Positions 32,330 to 43,284 of a DNA stretch of 64,000 nt are shown here, one piece after another. Below the pieces are notes generated by a model. It made no database searches and was not told the origin of the DNA. It worked only from the letters and a program-made list of their open reading frames with translations. The translations under genes were made by a program, and so were the position numbers. The DNA comes from an uncultured Actinomycetes bacterium (lineage in GTDB: Bacteria > Actinomycetota > Actinomycetes > Acidothermales > Acidothermaceae): contig CAWEIG010000007.1 in assembly GCA_963809135.1 (NCBI GenBank), forward strand, positions 165,805 through 229,804, read 5' to 3'. Within the stretch, counting starts at the first letter, position 1. Each line of letters opens with the position of its first letter.

Positions 32330-33651
32330 GAGTGTTCGTCCCTCGGGATGCGCACCCGCACCGCGGCCACGTGCGCCGCGAGATCTTCCGCTCCGCCGAG
32401 GGCATCGATCAGTGGAGCAACCTCGGCGAGTGCAGCCCGGTCGTAATCGACGACGTGAATCATCCGTTGGAAGGCCTGCACCGACAGCCCGCCGGTGAAA
32501 CGCGCAGTGCCGCCCGTCGGCAGGACGTGATTCGACCCGGCCAGGTAGTCACCCAAACTGACCGGAGACCACGGGCCTACGAAGATCGCGCCGGCGTTGC
32601 GGATGCGTGCTGCGACGGCAGGTGCGTCGCGCGTCACGACCTCGAGGTGCTCGGCTGCCCACGCGTCGACGACACGGATCCCGGCGTCGATGTCGTCAAC
32701 CAGCACGTACGCCGACTGACCGGCCAGTGCCGCCTTCACCCGATCGATGTGTCGCGTTGTGGCGACCTGGCGGTCGAGTTCTTTGTCAACGTGGTCGAGC
32801 AGGTCGGCCGAGTCGGTGACGAGCAGGCAACTGGCAAGTTCGTCGTGCTCGGCCTGCGCAATGAGGTCGGCTGCGATCTGTGCAGGCTCGGCCGAATCGT
32901 CGGCCAGGATCGCGATCTCGGTCGGGCCCGCTTCGGAGTCGATGCCGACGACGCCCTTCACGATGCGTTTCGCTGCGGCGACGTACACGTTGCCGGGGCC
33001 GGTCACAACGTCGACAGGTTCGACAACTTCGCCGTTCTCCGCGTTGCTGCCGTAGGCGAGCAACGCGATCGCCTGCGCGCCGCCGACCGCATAGACCTCG
33101 TCGACGCCGAGCAACGCGCACGCCGCAAGAACAGCGGGGTGCGGCAGGCCGCCATAGGCCTTCTGCGGTGGAGACGCGAGCGCGATCGACTCGACGCCGG
33201 CTACCTGTGCAGGAATGACGTTCATGACGACACTGCTCGGGTACGCCACGAGACCGCCGGGCACATAGAGCCCGACGCGTCGCACGGGCACCCAGCGTTC
33301 GCGCACCCAGCCGCCTGGCGCGACCTCGACCTCGACGTCGCTACGCAGCTGCGCGGTGTGAACCAGGCTGGCGCGCCGGGCGGCCTCGACGAGTGCGGCC
33401 CGAACCGATGGGTCGAGGCTCTCGAGCCCATCGGTCAGAGCAGCGGCCGGCACCCGCAGTTCAACGAGGTCGACGCCGTCAAAACGACGAGTGATCTCGC
33501 GGGCCGCATTCGCGCCGCGCTTGAAGACGTCGTCGCAGATCGGCCGCACGGACTCGAGCACCGAGTCGACGTCGATCGGCGCCCGCGGAAGCAAGGTGCG
33601 GATCTCGATCGTGCCGGGCGTCCGACCTCGAAGGTCGATCCGACGCAACAT
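32326..33651 (-). CDS. hisD: Histidinol dehydrogenase
   Basis: I prefer the ATG at 33651 (MLRRIDLRG); the track ORF starts at 33693. Motifs: [30 protein letters not shown]. Confidence 0.93.
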   Translation of the reverse strand: MLRRIDLRGRTPGTIEIRTLLPRAPIDVDSVLESVRPICDDVFKRGANAAREITRRFDGVDLVELRVPAAALTDGLESLDPSVRAALVEAARRASLVHTAQLRSDVEVEVAPGGWVRERWVPVRRVGLYVPGGLVAYPSSVVMNVIPAQVAGVESIALASPPQKAYGGLPHPAVLAACALLGVDEVYAVGGAQAIALLAYGSNAENGEVVEPVDVVTGPGNVYVAAAKRIVKGVVGIDSEAGPTEIAILADDSAEPAQIAADLIAQAEHDELASCLLVTDSADLLDHVDKELDRQVATTRHIDRVKAALAGQSAYVLVDDIDAGIRVVDAWAAEHLEVVTRDAPAVAARIRNAGAIFVGPWSPVSLGDYLAGSNHVLPTGGTARFTGGLSVQAFQRMIHVVDYDRAALAEVAPLIDALGGAEDLAAHVAAVRVRIPRDEHS

Positions 33652-33738
33652 GCGTGACTCCGCGGCCTCAGGACGTCGGGCGACGTCAAACATGATCGGT
33701 GGCTTAAACCGTCAGCCTACCGGCGCGCCGCCAGCCAA

Positions 33739-35352
33739 TTAGCGAACGCCAGCTGGGCGGGGACGGCGTCCTGACCCCTGAAAAGGCGCTGACGAGCCGC
33801 CGCGCCTGGTGGACGAACTCGACCCGCTCCGGCTGGGCGACGTCCGGCCGGTGCTGCTTCGGCTCGTGGTGGTCCTGCTGGTCGTGGTCCTGCTGGTCGT
33901 GGTCTGCGTGTCGCGATGGGCGACGACGCGGACGACGACGGGCTCACCTGAAGCCGCAAGTTCGCGCACCGCGTGGTGACCGGGATGCACGTCCTGGGCG
34001 ACCGGGCTGACGCCTGCGCCTTTGTGCAGGGCCGCGACATCGCGGACCTCACCGGGTTGCACGAGCGAGAGCGCAGTACCGCTGGCACCCGCGCGGGCCG
34101 TACGGCCCGACCGGTGCAGATAGTCCTTCGAGTCGTTCGGCGGGTCGAAGTGCACGACCAGGTCGACGTCGTCGACGTGAATGCCGCGCGCTGCGACATC
34201 GGTCGCCACGAGCACCCGCGGGTGCCCGGCGGCGAACCCGTCGAGTGCCCGCTGGCGGGCGTTCTGCTTCAGGTTGCCGTGGATGGCGGCAGCGTGAACG
34301 CCACCGCGAGCGAGCTGCATCGCGAGCCGGTCGGCGCCGTGCTTGGTCCGCACGAAGATGAGCGTGCGGGCCGGTCGGGCCGCCAGTTCGGTGATGACGG
34401 CGACCTTGTCTTCGGACTTCAACGTGAAGACCCGGTGCTCCATCGCGTCGATGTGCGACGACGAGCTCGCAACCGCGTGCAGGGCCGGATCCTTGAGGTA
34501 GGCGCGCACGAGCTTGTCGACGCCACGGTCGAGGGTCGCGGAGAAGAGCATCCGCTGCCCGTCGGGCGCCGTCTGGTCGAGGATCGTGGTGACCGCCGGC
34601 AGGAAGCCGAGGTCGGCCATGTGGTCGGCCTCGTCGATAACAGCGACCTCAACAGCGGAAAGCACGAGGCAGCGGCGCTCGAGCAGGTCGATCAACCGAC
34701 CAGGTGTCGCGACCACGAGATCGACGCCACGGTTCAGCGCATCGATCTGCTTGCCGTACGGCGCGCCGCCGAAAACGCAGCAGAGCTTGAGCCCGAGCGC
34801 CTCACCGAGCGGGCGCAGCGCATCGGCTACCTGCATCGCGAGTTCGCGGGTAGGGACGAGAACGAGCGCTCGCGGTGCCTTCGACATCCGCATGGAACCG
34901 GACGTCGCGAGGCGGGCGAGCAACGGAAGCCCGAACGCCATCGTCTTGCCGCCACCGGTCTGGGCGCGACCAAGGACGTCGCGCCCGGCGAGAGCATCGG
35001 GAATCGCGTGCGACTGGATCGCGAAGGGTGACTCGATCCCGCGCTTGCTCAGCGCCATGACTAGGGCCTTCGGGAGGCCGAGTTCGGCGAAGGTGCGGTC
35101 GGCGGGAGCGGGTTGCGCCATCGCGAGGTCGAGCAAGCGCTCTAGTTCGGAGGCAGCGGTGGCTTTCGAGGCCTGGGGTGCACGCGACTGGGTTGACTTG
35201 CTGGCGCCGCGGTTCGGCCGGCGAGTCGCGCTTCGGCTGGGTGCAGCGCCTCGGCTAGGGGCGGCGCCGCGGGATGGGGCACCCGAGGAGCGGGTGCTGA
35301 AAGGCGCACCGGAGGCGCGCGCAGACGTGGACGAGTAAGAAGGGGCAGACAT
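33739..35352 (-). CDS. DEAD-box ATP-dependent RNA helicase with low-complexity N- and C-terminal tails
   Basis: Q motif FAELGL...FAIQ, then AQTGGGKT, PTRELA, DEAD (VIDEADHM), SAT, ARGIHV and HRSGRTARAG. The C-terminal tail is encoded by 15-nt tandem units (TTTSR x3), so its reading frame is uncertain. Confidence 0.88.
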   Translation of the reverse strand: MSAPSYSSTSARASGAPFSTRSSGAPSRGAAPSRGAAPSRSATRRPNRGASKSTQSRAPQASKATAASELERLLDLAMAQPAPADRTFAELGLPKALVMALSKRGIESPFAIQSHAIPDALAGRDVLGRAQTGGGKTMAFGLPLLARLATSGSMRMSKAPRALVLVPTRELAMQVADALRPLGEALGLKLCCVFGGAPYGKQIDALNRGVDLVVATPGRLIDLLERRCLVLSAVEVAVIDEADHMADLGFLPAVTTILDQTAPDGQRMLFSATLDRGVDKLVRAYLKDPALHAVASSSSHIDAMEHRVFTLKSEDKVAVITELAARPARTLIFVRTKHGADRLAMQLARGGVHAAAIHGNLKQNARQRALDGFAAGHPRVLVATDVAARGIHVDDVDLVVHFDPPNDSKDYLHRSGRTARAGASGTALSLVQPGEVRDVAALHKGAGVSPVAQDVHPGHHAVRELAASGEPVVVRVVAHRDTQTTTSRTTTSRTTTSRSSTGRTSPSRSGSSSSTRRGGSSAPFQGSGRRPRPAGVR

Positions 35353-35649
35353 AAAAGGTGACGCTCCGTCGGTATTGCGGAGGCATCGTCATCATCGTCA
35401 GGTTCGACGTGGAGCGCGGTCGGGAAGATTTGCGCGCCAAAGGATCAAGGTTTCTGATCCTGGGAGGGACGGAGCCTCGCGGGCGGCTCGCCCGCGGGAG
35501 GGACGGCATGTTGTGCCGTCATCGAGATACAGACTAGCAGGCGGCAGGCACGTGCCACGTCAAGACAGGGCAGGACAGGGCGGTGACACCCGCAGGACAC
35601 AGGCGGCCCAGTGGCGGCGTGATCATTAGCGGTTCTAGACTCCCCCGCC

Positions 35650-36126
35650 GTGAGCAACGGCACCCCGGCACTAGTGGTACTTGCGCGCGCCGGTGTCGGC
35701 CACACCGTGCACCCCTACCAGCACGACCCGAGCATCAGGTCGTTCGGCGACGAAGCAGCGAAGGCGCTGGGGGTTTCGACGTCCCGCATTTTCAAGACCT
35801 TGCTGGTCGACGTCGACGGCCAGCTGGTGGTCGCGGTCGTCCCGGTGTCTGGCGCACTTGACCTGAAGGCGCTCGCCGAGGCAACCGGTGGCAAACGGGC
35901 GGCCATGGCCGACGTGGCGGTCGCCGAACGCACGACCGGCTACGTCGTCGGCGGCATCAGCCCACTAGGGCAGCGACGCCGCCTCCCCACGGTGATTGAT
36001 GCATCGGCGCTCGAGCATCCGACGATCTATGTCTCAGCCGGTCGCCGTGGGCTCGACGTCGAACTCGCTGCTCGCGACCTCGTCGCCATGACAGGCGCCA
36101 CCCTCGCGGCGATCGCCAGGGACTAG
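35650..36126 (+). CDS. ybaK: Cys-tRNA(Pro)/Cys-tRNA(Cys) deacylase YbaK
   Basis: 158 aa with IFKTLLV, TGYVVGGISPLG and IYVSAGRRGLDVEL. Confidence 0.8.
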   Translation: MSNGTPALVVLARAGVGHTVHPYQHDPSIRSFGDEAAKALGVSTSRIFKTLLVDVDGQLVVAVVPVSGALDLKALAEATGGKRAAMADVAVAERTTGYVVGGISPLGQRRRLPTVIDASALEHPTIYVSAGRRGLDVELAARDLVAMTGATLAAIARD

Positions 36127-36143
36127 CCGGCAACCAACCGGCA

Positions 36144-36839
36144 CTAACTCGGCCCTGACTCGGCTGGCGCCGGCTCGGTCGGCACGATCTCGACTGGCCG
36201 GTCGGGCGTCAACAGCGCGACGACGAAGGTGACCGCCAAAGCGGCCATCGGCCAGGCTATGAGGTACTGCCGGGTGGCCAGTTCGAGGAAGTAGCGATGG
36301 TTGCCTGCGCTGACGTGGCTTGCCCAGTTTTCCGCAGGTCCCCCTGACATCGTGCGACCGATCCACGCGGCAAGCACCGCAGCGACCGTGCCGCCCGTGG
36401 CGAGCGCCACGCTGACCGCCACGCCCCGGTGCCGCGCGATGATCGCGGCGACGACCCCGCAGAGCAGGCCGGCCACAATAGTGATGAACAGAAACGTCAC
36501 GTCGGCGCCAGCGAACGCTTTCGTACCGGGATTCAGCAGCCCGGTCTTGCCTTTGCCGTCGGCGACGGCCATCGCGCGTGGCGCGAGCCAGAGCCACACG
36601 AATCCGGCGACGACTCCGAGTGGGATCACACAGAGGGTGCCGAGAATCACCGTCCATAGGTCGGCCAGTTCGAAGAGCGGCTGTTGGCGGACATCAGGAA
36701 CTGGGTTGGTGCTGGTGACAGTCACTGCGTATGGCGACGACCCGTACGGGATGGGCCGCGGCTGCGGATAGGCGAGCGTGGGCTCTGACGGTTCGGGCGC
36801 CGACCCATCGAATCGCGGATCGGTCGAGTCGTCGCTCAC
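36144..36839 (-). CDS. Hypothetical integral membrane protein (Pro-rich N-terminus, 4 TM)
   Basis: The ORF shows high-GC codon bias. I chose the GTG at 36839 (VSDDSTDPRF), 24 nt after the ABC-2 permease stop. Confidence 0.55.
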   Translation of the reverse strand: MSDDSTDPRFDGSAPEPSEPTLAYPQPRPIPYGSSPYAVTVTSTNPVPDVRQQPLFELADLWTVILGTLCVIPLGVVAGFVWLWLAPRAMAVADGKGKTGLLNPGTKAFAGADVTFLFITIVAGLLCGVVAAIIARHRGVAVSVALATGGTVAAVLAAWIGRTMSGGPAENWASHVSAGNHRYFLELATRQYLIAWPMAALAVTFVVALLTPDRPVEIVPTEPAPAESGPS

Positions 36840-36862
36840 CTGCTCACCGTAACTGGCGGGGT

Positions 36863-37678
36863 TCAACGGGAGCGGACGGCACGGCGAAACGCCCAAGCCG
36901 AGGCAGTCAACGCCAGCACGCACACACCCACACAGATCGCGAGATCGCCACCAATCGTCGTCCAACTCGGTGTTGCTTTGAAGGATTCAGCGAAGGCGTC
37001 GACCGCGTAGGTCGAGGGCACCACCGCACGCACGGCCTGCACGACGCCAGGCAAACGATGGGCGGGCACGAGACCGAGGAACATCACCAACGACATACCG
37101 AGTTGGCCCGCGACAGTCGCGATTTCGGGTCGCGGCGCGACAAGGCCGATCAACGCACCGAGTCCGGCAAGCGACACTCCCGCCGCCACCACGACGGGCG
37201 CGATCACCCAGACATGCGAGAGCGGCAACCGGTAGAACGCCGCCCCGCCGACTGCGACAAGCGCCGATCCCGGGATCGTGAAACTCGCCCACGCGGTTGC
37301 GGTCGCCGTCACGATCGCGGCAGGCCTCACCGGCAACGCGCCGAAGTAGTCGAGCGCGCCCGATGCCTTCAGCACACCGAAGCGCTGCGCGAGCAGGTTC
37401 AGCGCGACGAACGAGACGACAGTGACCGACGATCCCGCGACGACCGACTGCTCGGTGACGTCGCTGTGGCTGTCGACAAGACCCTTCAGCAGCACAACCA
37501 GGCCGACCGACTGCAAGGTGGCAGCCAAAAAGATAGGGATCGCGGCGATTTTCGCGCGGGCGAGTTGACCCTTCAGTACGGCCGTATACGTCGCCGCGAA
37601 TGTCGGGCGCGGCGCGGGTGCGGGTGGCGAGGTCTGAGCCGTAGACACCGCCTGCACCTGTTCGGGCATCGCTGTCAC
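36863..37678 (-). CDS. ABC-2 type exporter permease
   Basis: 271 aa with 6 TM. Its start overlaps the stop of the upstream ATPase gene. Confidence 0.75.
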   Translation of the reverse strand: MTAMPEQVQAVSTAQTSPPAPAPRPTFAATYTAVLKGQLARAKIAAIPIFLAATLQSVGLVVLLKGLVDSHSDVTEQSVVAGSSVTVVSFVALNLLAQRFGVLKASGALDYFGALPVRPAAIVTATATAWASFTIPGSALVAVGGAAFYRLPLSHVWVIAPVVVAAGVSLAGLGALIGLVAPRPEIATVAGQLGMSLVMFLGLVPAHRLPGVVQAVRAVVPSTYAVDAFAESFKATPSWTTIGGDLAICVGVCVLALTASAWAFRRAVRSR

Positions 37679-38676
37679 GTCCGCTCGAGATCGCGAGCCG
37701 CACCGCCGAGGATGAGATAGACGTCCTCAAGCGAAGGCGTCGACAGCGTGAAGTCGTCGAGCGCGGCGAAAAGCGGCCCACTCGACAGCTGCGCCAACGC
37801 AGCGCGGGCCTCGTCGGCCGGCAGCCGCACACTCCAGCGACGGCCATGTTCGACCGCGCGAGCTCGCAAACTCGACACCAGCACATCGTCGTCCGGCGGA
37901 TCGTGGCGCCACGCAAGCTCAAGCCGCAACTCGCGATCGACCATCGCCTTCAACCGGCCCGGGGTATCGCTCGCGATGACGCGGCCGCGTTCGAGGATCG
38001 CGACCCGGTCGAGCACGGTCTCGGCCTCGAGCACGTTATGCGTGACGAGCACCACCGTCGTCGCGAACTGCGCGCGACGACGTTCGATCGCCGACCACAC
38101 CGCTCGGCGCGCCGTCGGATCGAGCCCCGTTGTGGGCTCGTCGAGCACGAGCACCGGGCGATTACCGACCAACGCCGCACCGACGCACGCCAACCGCCGT
38201 TGACCGCCTGACAGCTTGCTGATCGGGCGCGTGGCGAAGTTAGCGAGATCGAGTTCGTCGATCATCGCGTCGCGCGCGGCAAGGGCATCGCGGCGGTCGA
38301 GCCCGCGCAGGCGCGCGGTGGTTTCAAGGGCATCGGCTGGGGAGAGATCGGCGAGCGCCGCATCGTCCTGCGGCAGGTAGGCAACAAAATCGGGGACGAC
38401 GCGGGGTGCCGTCACCACGTCGTGGCCGAACAACTCGATGCGCCCGGAGTCGGGACGCAGCAACCCGATCAGCTGCCTGACCAGACTCGTCTTGCCTGCC
38501 CCGTTCGGACCCAGCAGGCCAAAAACCTCGCCGCGCCTGACCAGGAGGTCGATGCCGTCCGTGGCGGTCACATCGCCGGACTTGCTGCGGTAGACCTTCG
38601 TCAGGCCGGTGACCGCGTAAGCGCAACCAAGCCCGGCGTTCGCGGGCTCGGCCAACACGTGCTCCCTGGCCGTCAT
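37675..38676 (-). CDS. ABC transporter ATP-binding protein (DrrA/ABC-2 subfamily)
   Basis: The ATG at 38676 (MTAREHV) was verified. Motifs: GPNGAGKTS, LSGGQRRLACVG, VLVLDEPTTGLD. Confidence 0.88.
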   Translation of the reverse strand: MTAREHVLAEPANAGLGCAYAVTGLTKVYRSKSGDVTATDGIDLLVRRGEVFGLLGPNGAGKTSLVRQLIGLLRPDSGRIELFGHDVVTAPRVVPDFVAYLPQDDAALADLSPADALETTARLRGLDRRDALAARDAMIDELDLANFATRPISKLSGGQRRLACVGAALVGNRPVLVLDEPTTGLDPTARRAVWSAIERRRAQFATTVVLVTHNVLEAETVLDRVAILERGRVIASDTPGRLKAMVDRELRLELAWRHDPPDDDVLVSSLRARAVEHGRRWSVRLPADEARAALAQLSSGPLFAALDDFTLSTPSLEDVYLILGGAARDLERT

Positions 38677-38746
38677 CTCGTCGAGCAGGCTACGGGCCGA
38701 CGGTCGCGGATCGCCGGTCGGCCCTGGCCCGCGCTTACGCTCGCAC

Positions 38747-39022
38747 CTACCGGCGCACGGGCTTGTTGCCGAACCGAAGCCACAGCAGCAGCACGATGAT
38801 CGAGCCGATGACCGACCCGACGATGCCGGACGGCTGGATGAATCCGTTCTGCGAGTTGTGGTGGAACAGCAAGTAACCGAGGAACCCGCCGACGAACGAT
38901 CCGACGATGCCGAGCACGATCGTCCCGCCGACCGTGAGGTCTTGCTTGCCGGGGACCGCGAGCCTGGCAAGGGCGCCGGACACAAGACCGATGACGATGA
39001 GACTGATGATCAGGCCGAGCAT
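38747..39022 (-). CDS. GlsB/YeaQ/YmgE family transglycosylase-associated stress membrane protein
   Basis: 91 aa from the verified ATG at 39022: MLGLIISLIVIGLVSGALARLAVPGKQDLTVGGTIVLGIVGSFVGGFLG. Confidence 0.8.
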   Translation of the reverse strand: MLGLIISLIVIGLVSGALARLAVPGKQDLTVGGTIVLGIVGSFVGGFLGYLLFHHNSQNGFIQPSGIVGSVIGSIIVLLLWLRFGNKPVRR

Positions 39023-39159
39023 GGTTCCCTTCCTCTTAGAGGCGGCGCTTGCGGCGGCGGCGCAGGAAACGGGCAACCGCGAGGGTCAAGGCCGCGAAGA
39101 TGGACCGGCGTCCAACAGTTGACATGCCTCCATCATGCATCAACCCAACCGACACCGGG

Positions 39160-42100
39160 TTAGACGAGGCAGGACGGGCCGAGCAACGCCTTCAGGTCGC
39201 CCATCAGCGCGGGTGTCGCATCGACGCGCAGGGTCTCGTCGAGTCGCAACACGGTCGTGCGCGCCCCGTTTCGCAGCTGAAGCTGCACCTCGGTGACACC
39301 TGGATGGGTGGCAAGTACCTCGCGCAGCCGCTCGACGACCGGAGGCGTGCAGCGGGCGGCCGGCATCTGAAGGACGACGGGTCCGCGCTGCGCGTTCTCG
39401 CCGACGTCGGGCAGGAACAGTTCGATGGCGTGCAGGCTCGGGATGTCGTCACGGCGACTAAGCCTGCCCTTGACGCAGATCACCGCGTCTTCGGCCAGTG
39501 ACATCGCGTACTGCTGGTAGGTCTGGGGGAAGAACAGCACCTCGATCGCACCTTCGAGATCCTCGACCGTCGCGATCGCCCACGGGCTGCCCTGCCGGGT
39601 CATCTTCCGTTGCAGACCAGACACGATCCCGCCGATCGTGATGATGCCGCCCTCGGCGCGCTCGTCGGTCGTCAAGGAACTGATCGAGCAGTCGACAAGC
39701 CGCGACAGCACATGCTCGACGCCGAACAACGGGTGGTCGGAAACGTAGAGCCCGAGCATGTCGCGCTCGGCGGCGAGCAGCGCAGTCTTGTCCCATTCGG
39801 TGGAGGGGATCACGATCTCGAACCCCAGGCCAACGGCCAAGCCTTCAGCGTCGTCGGCCGAACCGAACAGGTCGAACTGCCCGATCGCTTCGGCGCGCTT
39901 GGTGCCCATCGCCGCATCGATCGCCTCGGCGTGCACGGCCACCAGGCCGCGCCGCGTGTGGCCAAGTGAGTCAAACGACCCGGCCTTGATGAGTGATTCG
40001 ACGACCTTCTTGTTGCAGACCACTGGCTCTACCTTGGCCAGGAAGTCGGCGAAGTCGCGGAACCGGCCCTTCGCTCGACGGGTTTCGATGATCGACGCGA
40101 CGACGTTTTCACCAACATTGCGAATCGCCGAGAGCCCGAATCTGATGTCGGTGCCACGCGGGGTGAAGTTGGAATCGGATTCGTTGACGTCGGGCGGCAG
40201 CACCTTGATGCCCATGCGGCGGCACTCGTGCAGGTACAGCGCCGACTTGTCCTTGTCGTCCTTGACGCTGGTGAGCAACGCGGCCATGTACTCGGCCGGA
40301 TAGTTGGCTTTGAGGTAGGCGGTCCAGTACGACACGACGCCGTAACCAGCACTGTGCGCCTTGTTGAACCCATAGTCGGAGAACGGGACGAGGGTGTCCC
40401 ATAGTGCCTTGATGGCGCCTGCGCTGTAACCGCGTTCGCGCATGCCGGCACTGAAGCGGTCGTACTCCTTGTCGAGGATCTCTTTCTTCTTCTTGCCCAT
40501 CGCCTTGCGAAGCAGGTCGGCTTGGCCAAGTGAGTAGCCAGCAACCTTCTGCGCGATGGCCAGTACCTGCTCCTGGTAGACGAGCAACCCGTGGGTCTCG
40601 TCAAGAATCTCGCGCAGCGGCTCGGCAAGTTCAGGGTGAATTGGCACTGCTGGCTTGCGGCCGTTCTTGCGGTCGGCATAGTCGTTGTGTGCGTTGGCGC
40701 CCATCGGGCCCGGCCGGTAAAGAGCGCCGACCGCGGAGATGTCGGCGAAGGACGTTGGTTGCATCAGTCGCAGCAGCGAACGCATGCCGCCGCCCTCGAG
40801 CTGGAAGATGCCGAGGGTGTCGCCGCGACCGAGCAATTCGTACGTCGCCTTGTCAGCGTCGAGGTCAAGCGTTTCGAGAACGACATCGTCGCCACGGTTC
40901 TCTTTGATGCCGGCGAGGCAGTCGTCGAGCACTGTCAGGTTGCGCAGGCCGAGGAAGTCCATCTTGAGCAGCCCAAGGGCCTCGCATGCGCCCATGTCGA
41001 ACTGGGTGATGATCGCGCCGTCCTGATCGCGCCGCTGGATTGGAATGACGTCGAGCAGCGGTTCGCGCGACAAAATGACACCCGCAGCGTGCACACCCCA
41101 CTGGCGTTTCAGGCCTTCGAGGTCGCGCGCGGTGTCGACGACCTTCTTGACGTCAGGGCTGCCTTCGTACAGCGCACGGAACTCGGCCGCCTCGGCGTAA
41201 CGCGGGTTGTCGGGGTCGAAGATTCCGGCGAGCGAGACATCTTTGCCCATCAGCGCGGCCGGTAGAACCTTGGTGATCTGGTCGGACGTCGAAAAGGGGA
41301 AGCCGAGCACGCGAGCCGAGTCTTTGACCGCCTGCTTGGCCTTGATCGTGCCGTACGTGATGATCTGCGCGACCCGCTCCTCGCCGTACTTCTCTGTGGC
41401 GTAACGGATCATGTCGCCGCGTCGGCGCTCGTCGAAGTCCATGTCGATGTCGGGCATCGAGATGCGCTCGGGGTTGAGGAACCGCTCGAACAAGAGCTTG
41501 TGGTGGATCGGGTCGAGCTGGGTGATGCCCAACGCGTACGAGACCATCGAGCCGGCCGCGCTGCCACGACCGGGCCCGACCCGGATCGAGCTCGCCTGCG
41601 CGTACCTGACTAGGTCGGCGACGACGAGGAAGTAACCAGGAAAACCCATCTGGCAGATGACACCGAGTTCGTAGTCGGCCTGCGTGCGATGACCGTCGGG
41701 CACGCCGTTGGGGAAACGCTTGCGTAGCCCGATCTCGACTTCCTTGACGAGCCAGGTCTCTTCGCTCTCACCGGCAGGAACCGGGAACTGCGGCATCAGG
41801 TTCGCGCCCTCGTTGAACTCGACGTGCACCCGCTCGGCAATCGCCAATGTGTTGTCGCAGGCATCGGGAAAGTCGCGCCACACCTCGCGCATCTCAGCGG
41901 GCGTCTTGAGGTAGAGCTGGCCCTCGCCGAACTTGAACCGGTTGGGATCAGCCAAGGTCTTGCCGGTCTGCACGCAGAGCAGGACCTCGTGAGCTTCCCA
42001 GTCTTTGGCGTACGTGTAGTGCAGGTCGTTGGTAGCAACGAACGGCAACTTCAGTTCCCTGGCCAACTTCAGCAGGTCGTCGCGATGACGTCGCTCGATG

Positions 42101-42678
42101 TCGATGCCGTGGTCCATCAACTCGCAATAGAAATTCTCAGGGCCAAAGATGTCGCGATAGTCGGACGCCGCTTGCTTCGCGGCGAGGTATTGACCTTGCT
42201 GTAGCAGCCGGTTCACCTCACCGGAGGGGCAACCCGTCGTCGCGATGATGCCCTTCGCGTAGGTCTGCAAAAGCTCGCGATCCATGCGGGGCTTGTAGTA
42301 GTAGCCCTCGAGACTCGCCAGGCTGCTCAGCTTGAACAGATTGTGCATGCCGATCGTGTCTTCGGCGAGCAGGGTCATGTGGGTGTACATCTCGCCGGCG
42401 TTGTCGTCGCCGACGCCGCCGGTCAGCGCAAGCCGCTTGCGTTCCGACCGGTGGCCGGGCGCGAGATAGCCCTCCATGCCGATGATCGGGTTGACCCCCG
42501 CGGCCTTCGCCTTTTTGTAGAAGTCATACGCGCCGAACACGTTGCCGTGATCGGTCATGGCCAGCGCCGGCATCCCCATGCGTGCGGTCTCGGCGAACAA
42601 GTCGTCAAGGCGCGCAGCGCCGTCGAGCATCGAGTACTCGGTGTGCACATGCAGGTGGACGAAGGAGTCAGCTGCCAT
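39160..42678 (-). CDS. dnaE: DNA polymerase III alpha subunit
   Basis: 1172 aa from the verified ATG at 42678 (MAADSFVHLHVHTEYSMLDGA, PHP domain). The frame is uninterrupted over 3.5 kb. Confidence 0.97.
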   Translation of the reverse strand: MAADSFVHLHVHTEYSMLDGAARLDDLFAETARMGMPALAMTDHGNVFGAYDFYKKAKAAGVNPIIGMEGYLAPGHRSERKRLALTGGVGDDNAGEMYTHMTLLAEDTIGMHNLFKLSSLASLEGYYYKPRMDRELLQTYAKGIIATTGCPSGEVNRLLQQGQYLAAKQAASDYRDIFGPENFYCELMDHGIDIERRHRDDLLKLARELKLPFVATNDLHYTYAKDWEAHEVLLCVQTGKTLADPNRFKFGEGQLYLKTPAEMREVWRDFPDACDNTLAIAERVHVEFNEGANLMPQFPVPAGESEETWLVKEVEIGLRKRFPNGVPDGHRTQADYELGVICQMGFPGYFLVVADLVRYAQASSIRVGPGRGSAAGSMVSYALGITQLDPIHHKLLFERFLNPERISMPDIDMDFDERRRGDMIRYATEKYGEERVAQIITYGTIKAKQAVKDSARVLGFPFSTSDQITKVLPAALMGKDVSLAGIFDPDNPRYAEAAEFRALYEGSPDVKKVVDTARDLEGLKRQWGVHAAGVILSREPLLDVIPIQRRDQDGAIITQFDMGACEALGLLKMDFLGLRNLTVLDDCLAGIKENRGDDVVLETLDLDADKATYELLGRGDTLGIFQLEGGGMRSLLRLMQPTSFADISAVGALYRPGPMGANAHNDYADRKNGRKPAVPIHPELAEPLREILDETHGLLVYQEQVLAIAQKVAGYSLGQADLLRKAMGKKKKEILDKEYDRFSAGMRERGYSAGAIKALWDTLVPFSDYGFNKAHSAGYGVVSYWTAYLKANYPAEYMAALLTSVKDDKDKSALYLHECRRMGIKVLPPDVNESDSNFTPRGTDIRFGLSAIRNVGENVVASIIETRRAKGRFRDFADFLAKVEPVVCNKKVVESLIKAGSFDSLGHTRRGLVAVHAEAIDAAMGTKRAEAIGQFDLFGSADDAEGLAVGLGFEIVIPSTEWDKTALLAAERDMLGLYVSDHPLFGVEHVLSRLVDCSISSLTTDERAEGGIITIGGIVSGLQRKMTRQGSPWAIATVEDLEGAIEVLFFPQTYQQYAMSLAEDAVICVKGRLSRRDDIPSLHAIELFLPDVGENAQRGPVVLQMPAARCTPPVVERLREVLATHPGVTEVQLQLRNGARTTVLRLDETLRVDATPALMGDLKALLGPSCLV

Positions 42679-42882
42679 ACGTGCGCGACCTCCCGTCGTC
42701 CGCGCCCTCGTTCGGCGCTTGTATTGCCCGTGTTGCTCGGGACGTCGACCGGGGGAAGGCGGCCTTGCCGTTGCCTGTGCTCGTTCTTGCTCAAGCCCTA
42801 ACCGGACCCGACCGCATGACTCTAATCCCACCCACCGACGGGCCTTCGGCGCGACACGATGGCCAACAGTCCTGGCCCGAAA

Positions 42883-43284
42883 TCAGCCGGGGATGAAGCT
42901 CAGCCGGACCCGGCGCTCGGGGTTGTCGCCGTTGCTGTCGACCAGCACGACGCTCTGCCACGTGCCTAGAGCAGGGCTGCCGTCGACGACCGGGACTACC
43001 AGCGACGGCGCAACGAACGCTGGCAGCACATGATCACGACCGTGCCCCTGCGACCCATGCCGGTGCGAATACGCGGCGTCGAGCGGCCAGAGTCGGTCGA
43101 TGGTGGCTTGAAGGTCGTGCTCGCTCCCGGATCCCACCTCGATCACGGCGACCCCGGCGGTGGCGTGCGGCACGAACACGTTCAGCAGACCGTCACCAAG
43201 ATCACGACAGAAGTCGGTGATCGTCGCCGTCAGATCAGTGACGAGTTGGGTGCCGCTCGCGACCCAAACCTCACGAGTGTGCAC
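42883..43284 (-). CDS. yjbQ: YjbQ/UPF0047 family protein (secondary thiamine-phosphate synthase)
   Basis: Contains [17 protein letters not shown] and [10 protein letters not shown]...[11 protein letters not shown]. The start is approximate (GTG near 43284). Confidence 0.75.
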   Translation of the reverse strand: MHTREVWVASGTQLVTDLTATITDFCRDLGDGLLNVFVPHATAGVAVIEVGSGSEHDLQATIDRLWPLDAAYSHRHGSQGHGRDHVLPAFVAPSLVVPVVDGSPALGTWQSVVLVDSNGDNPERRVRLSFIPG

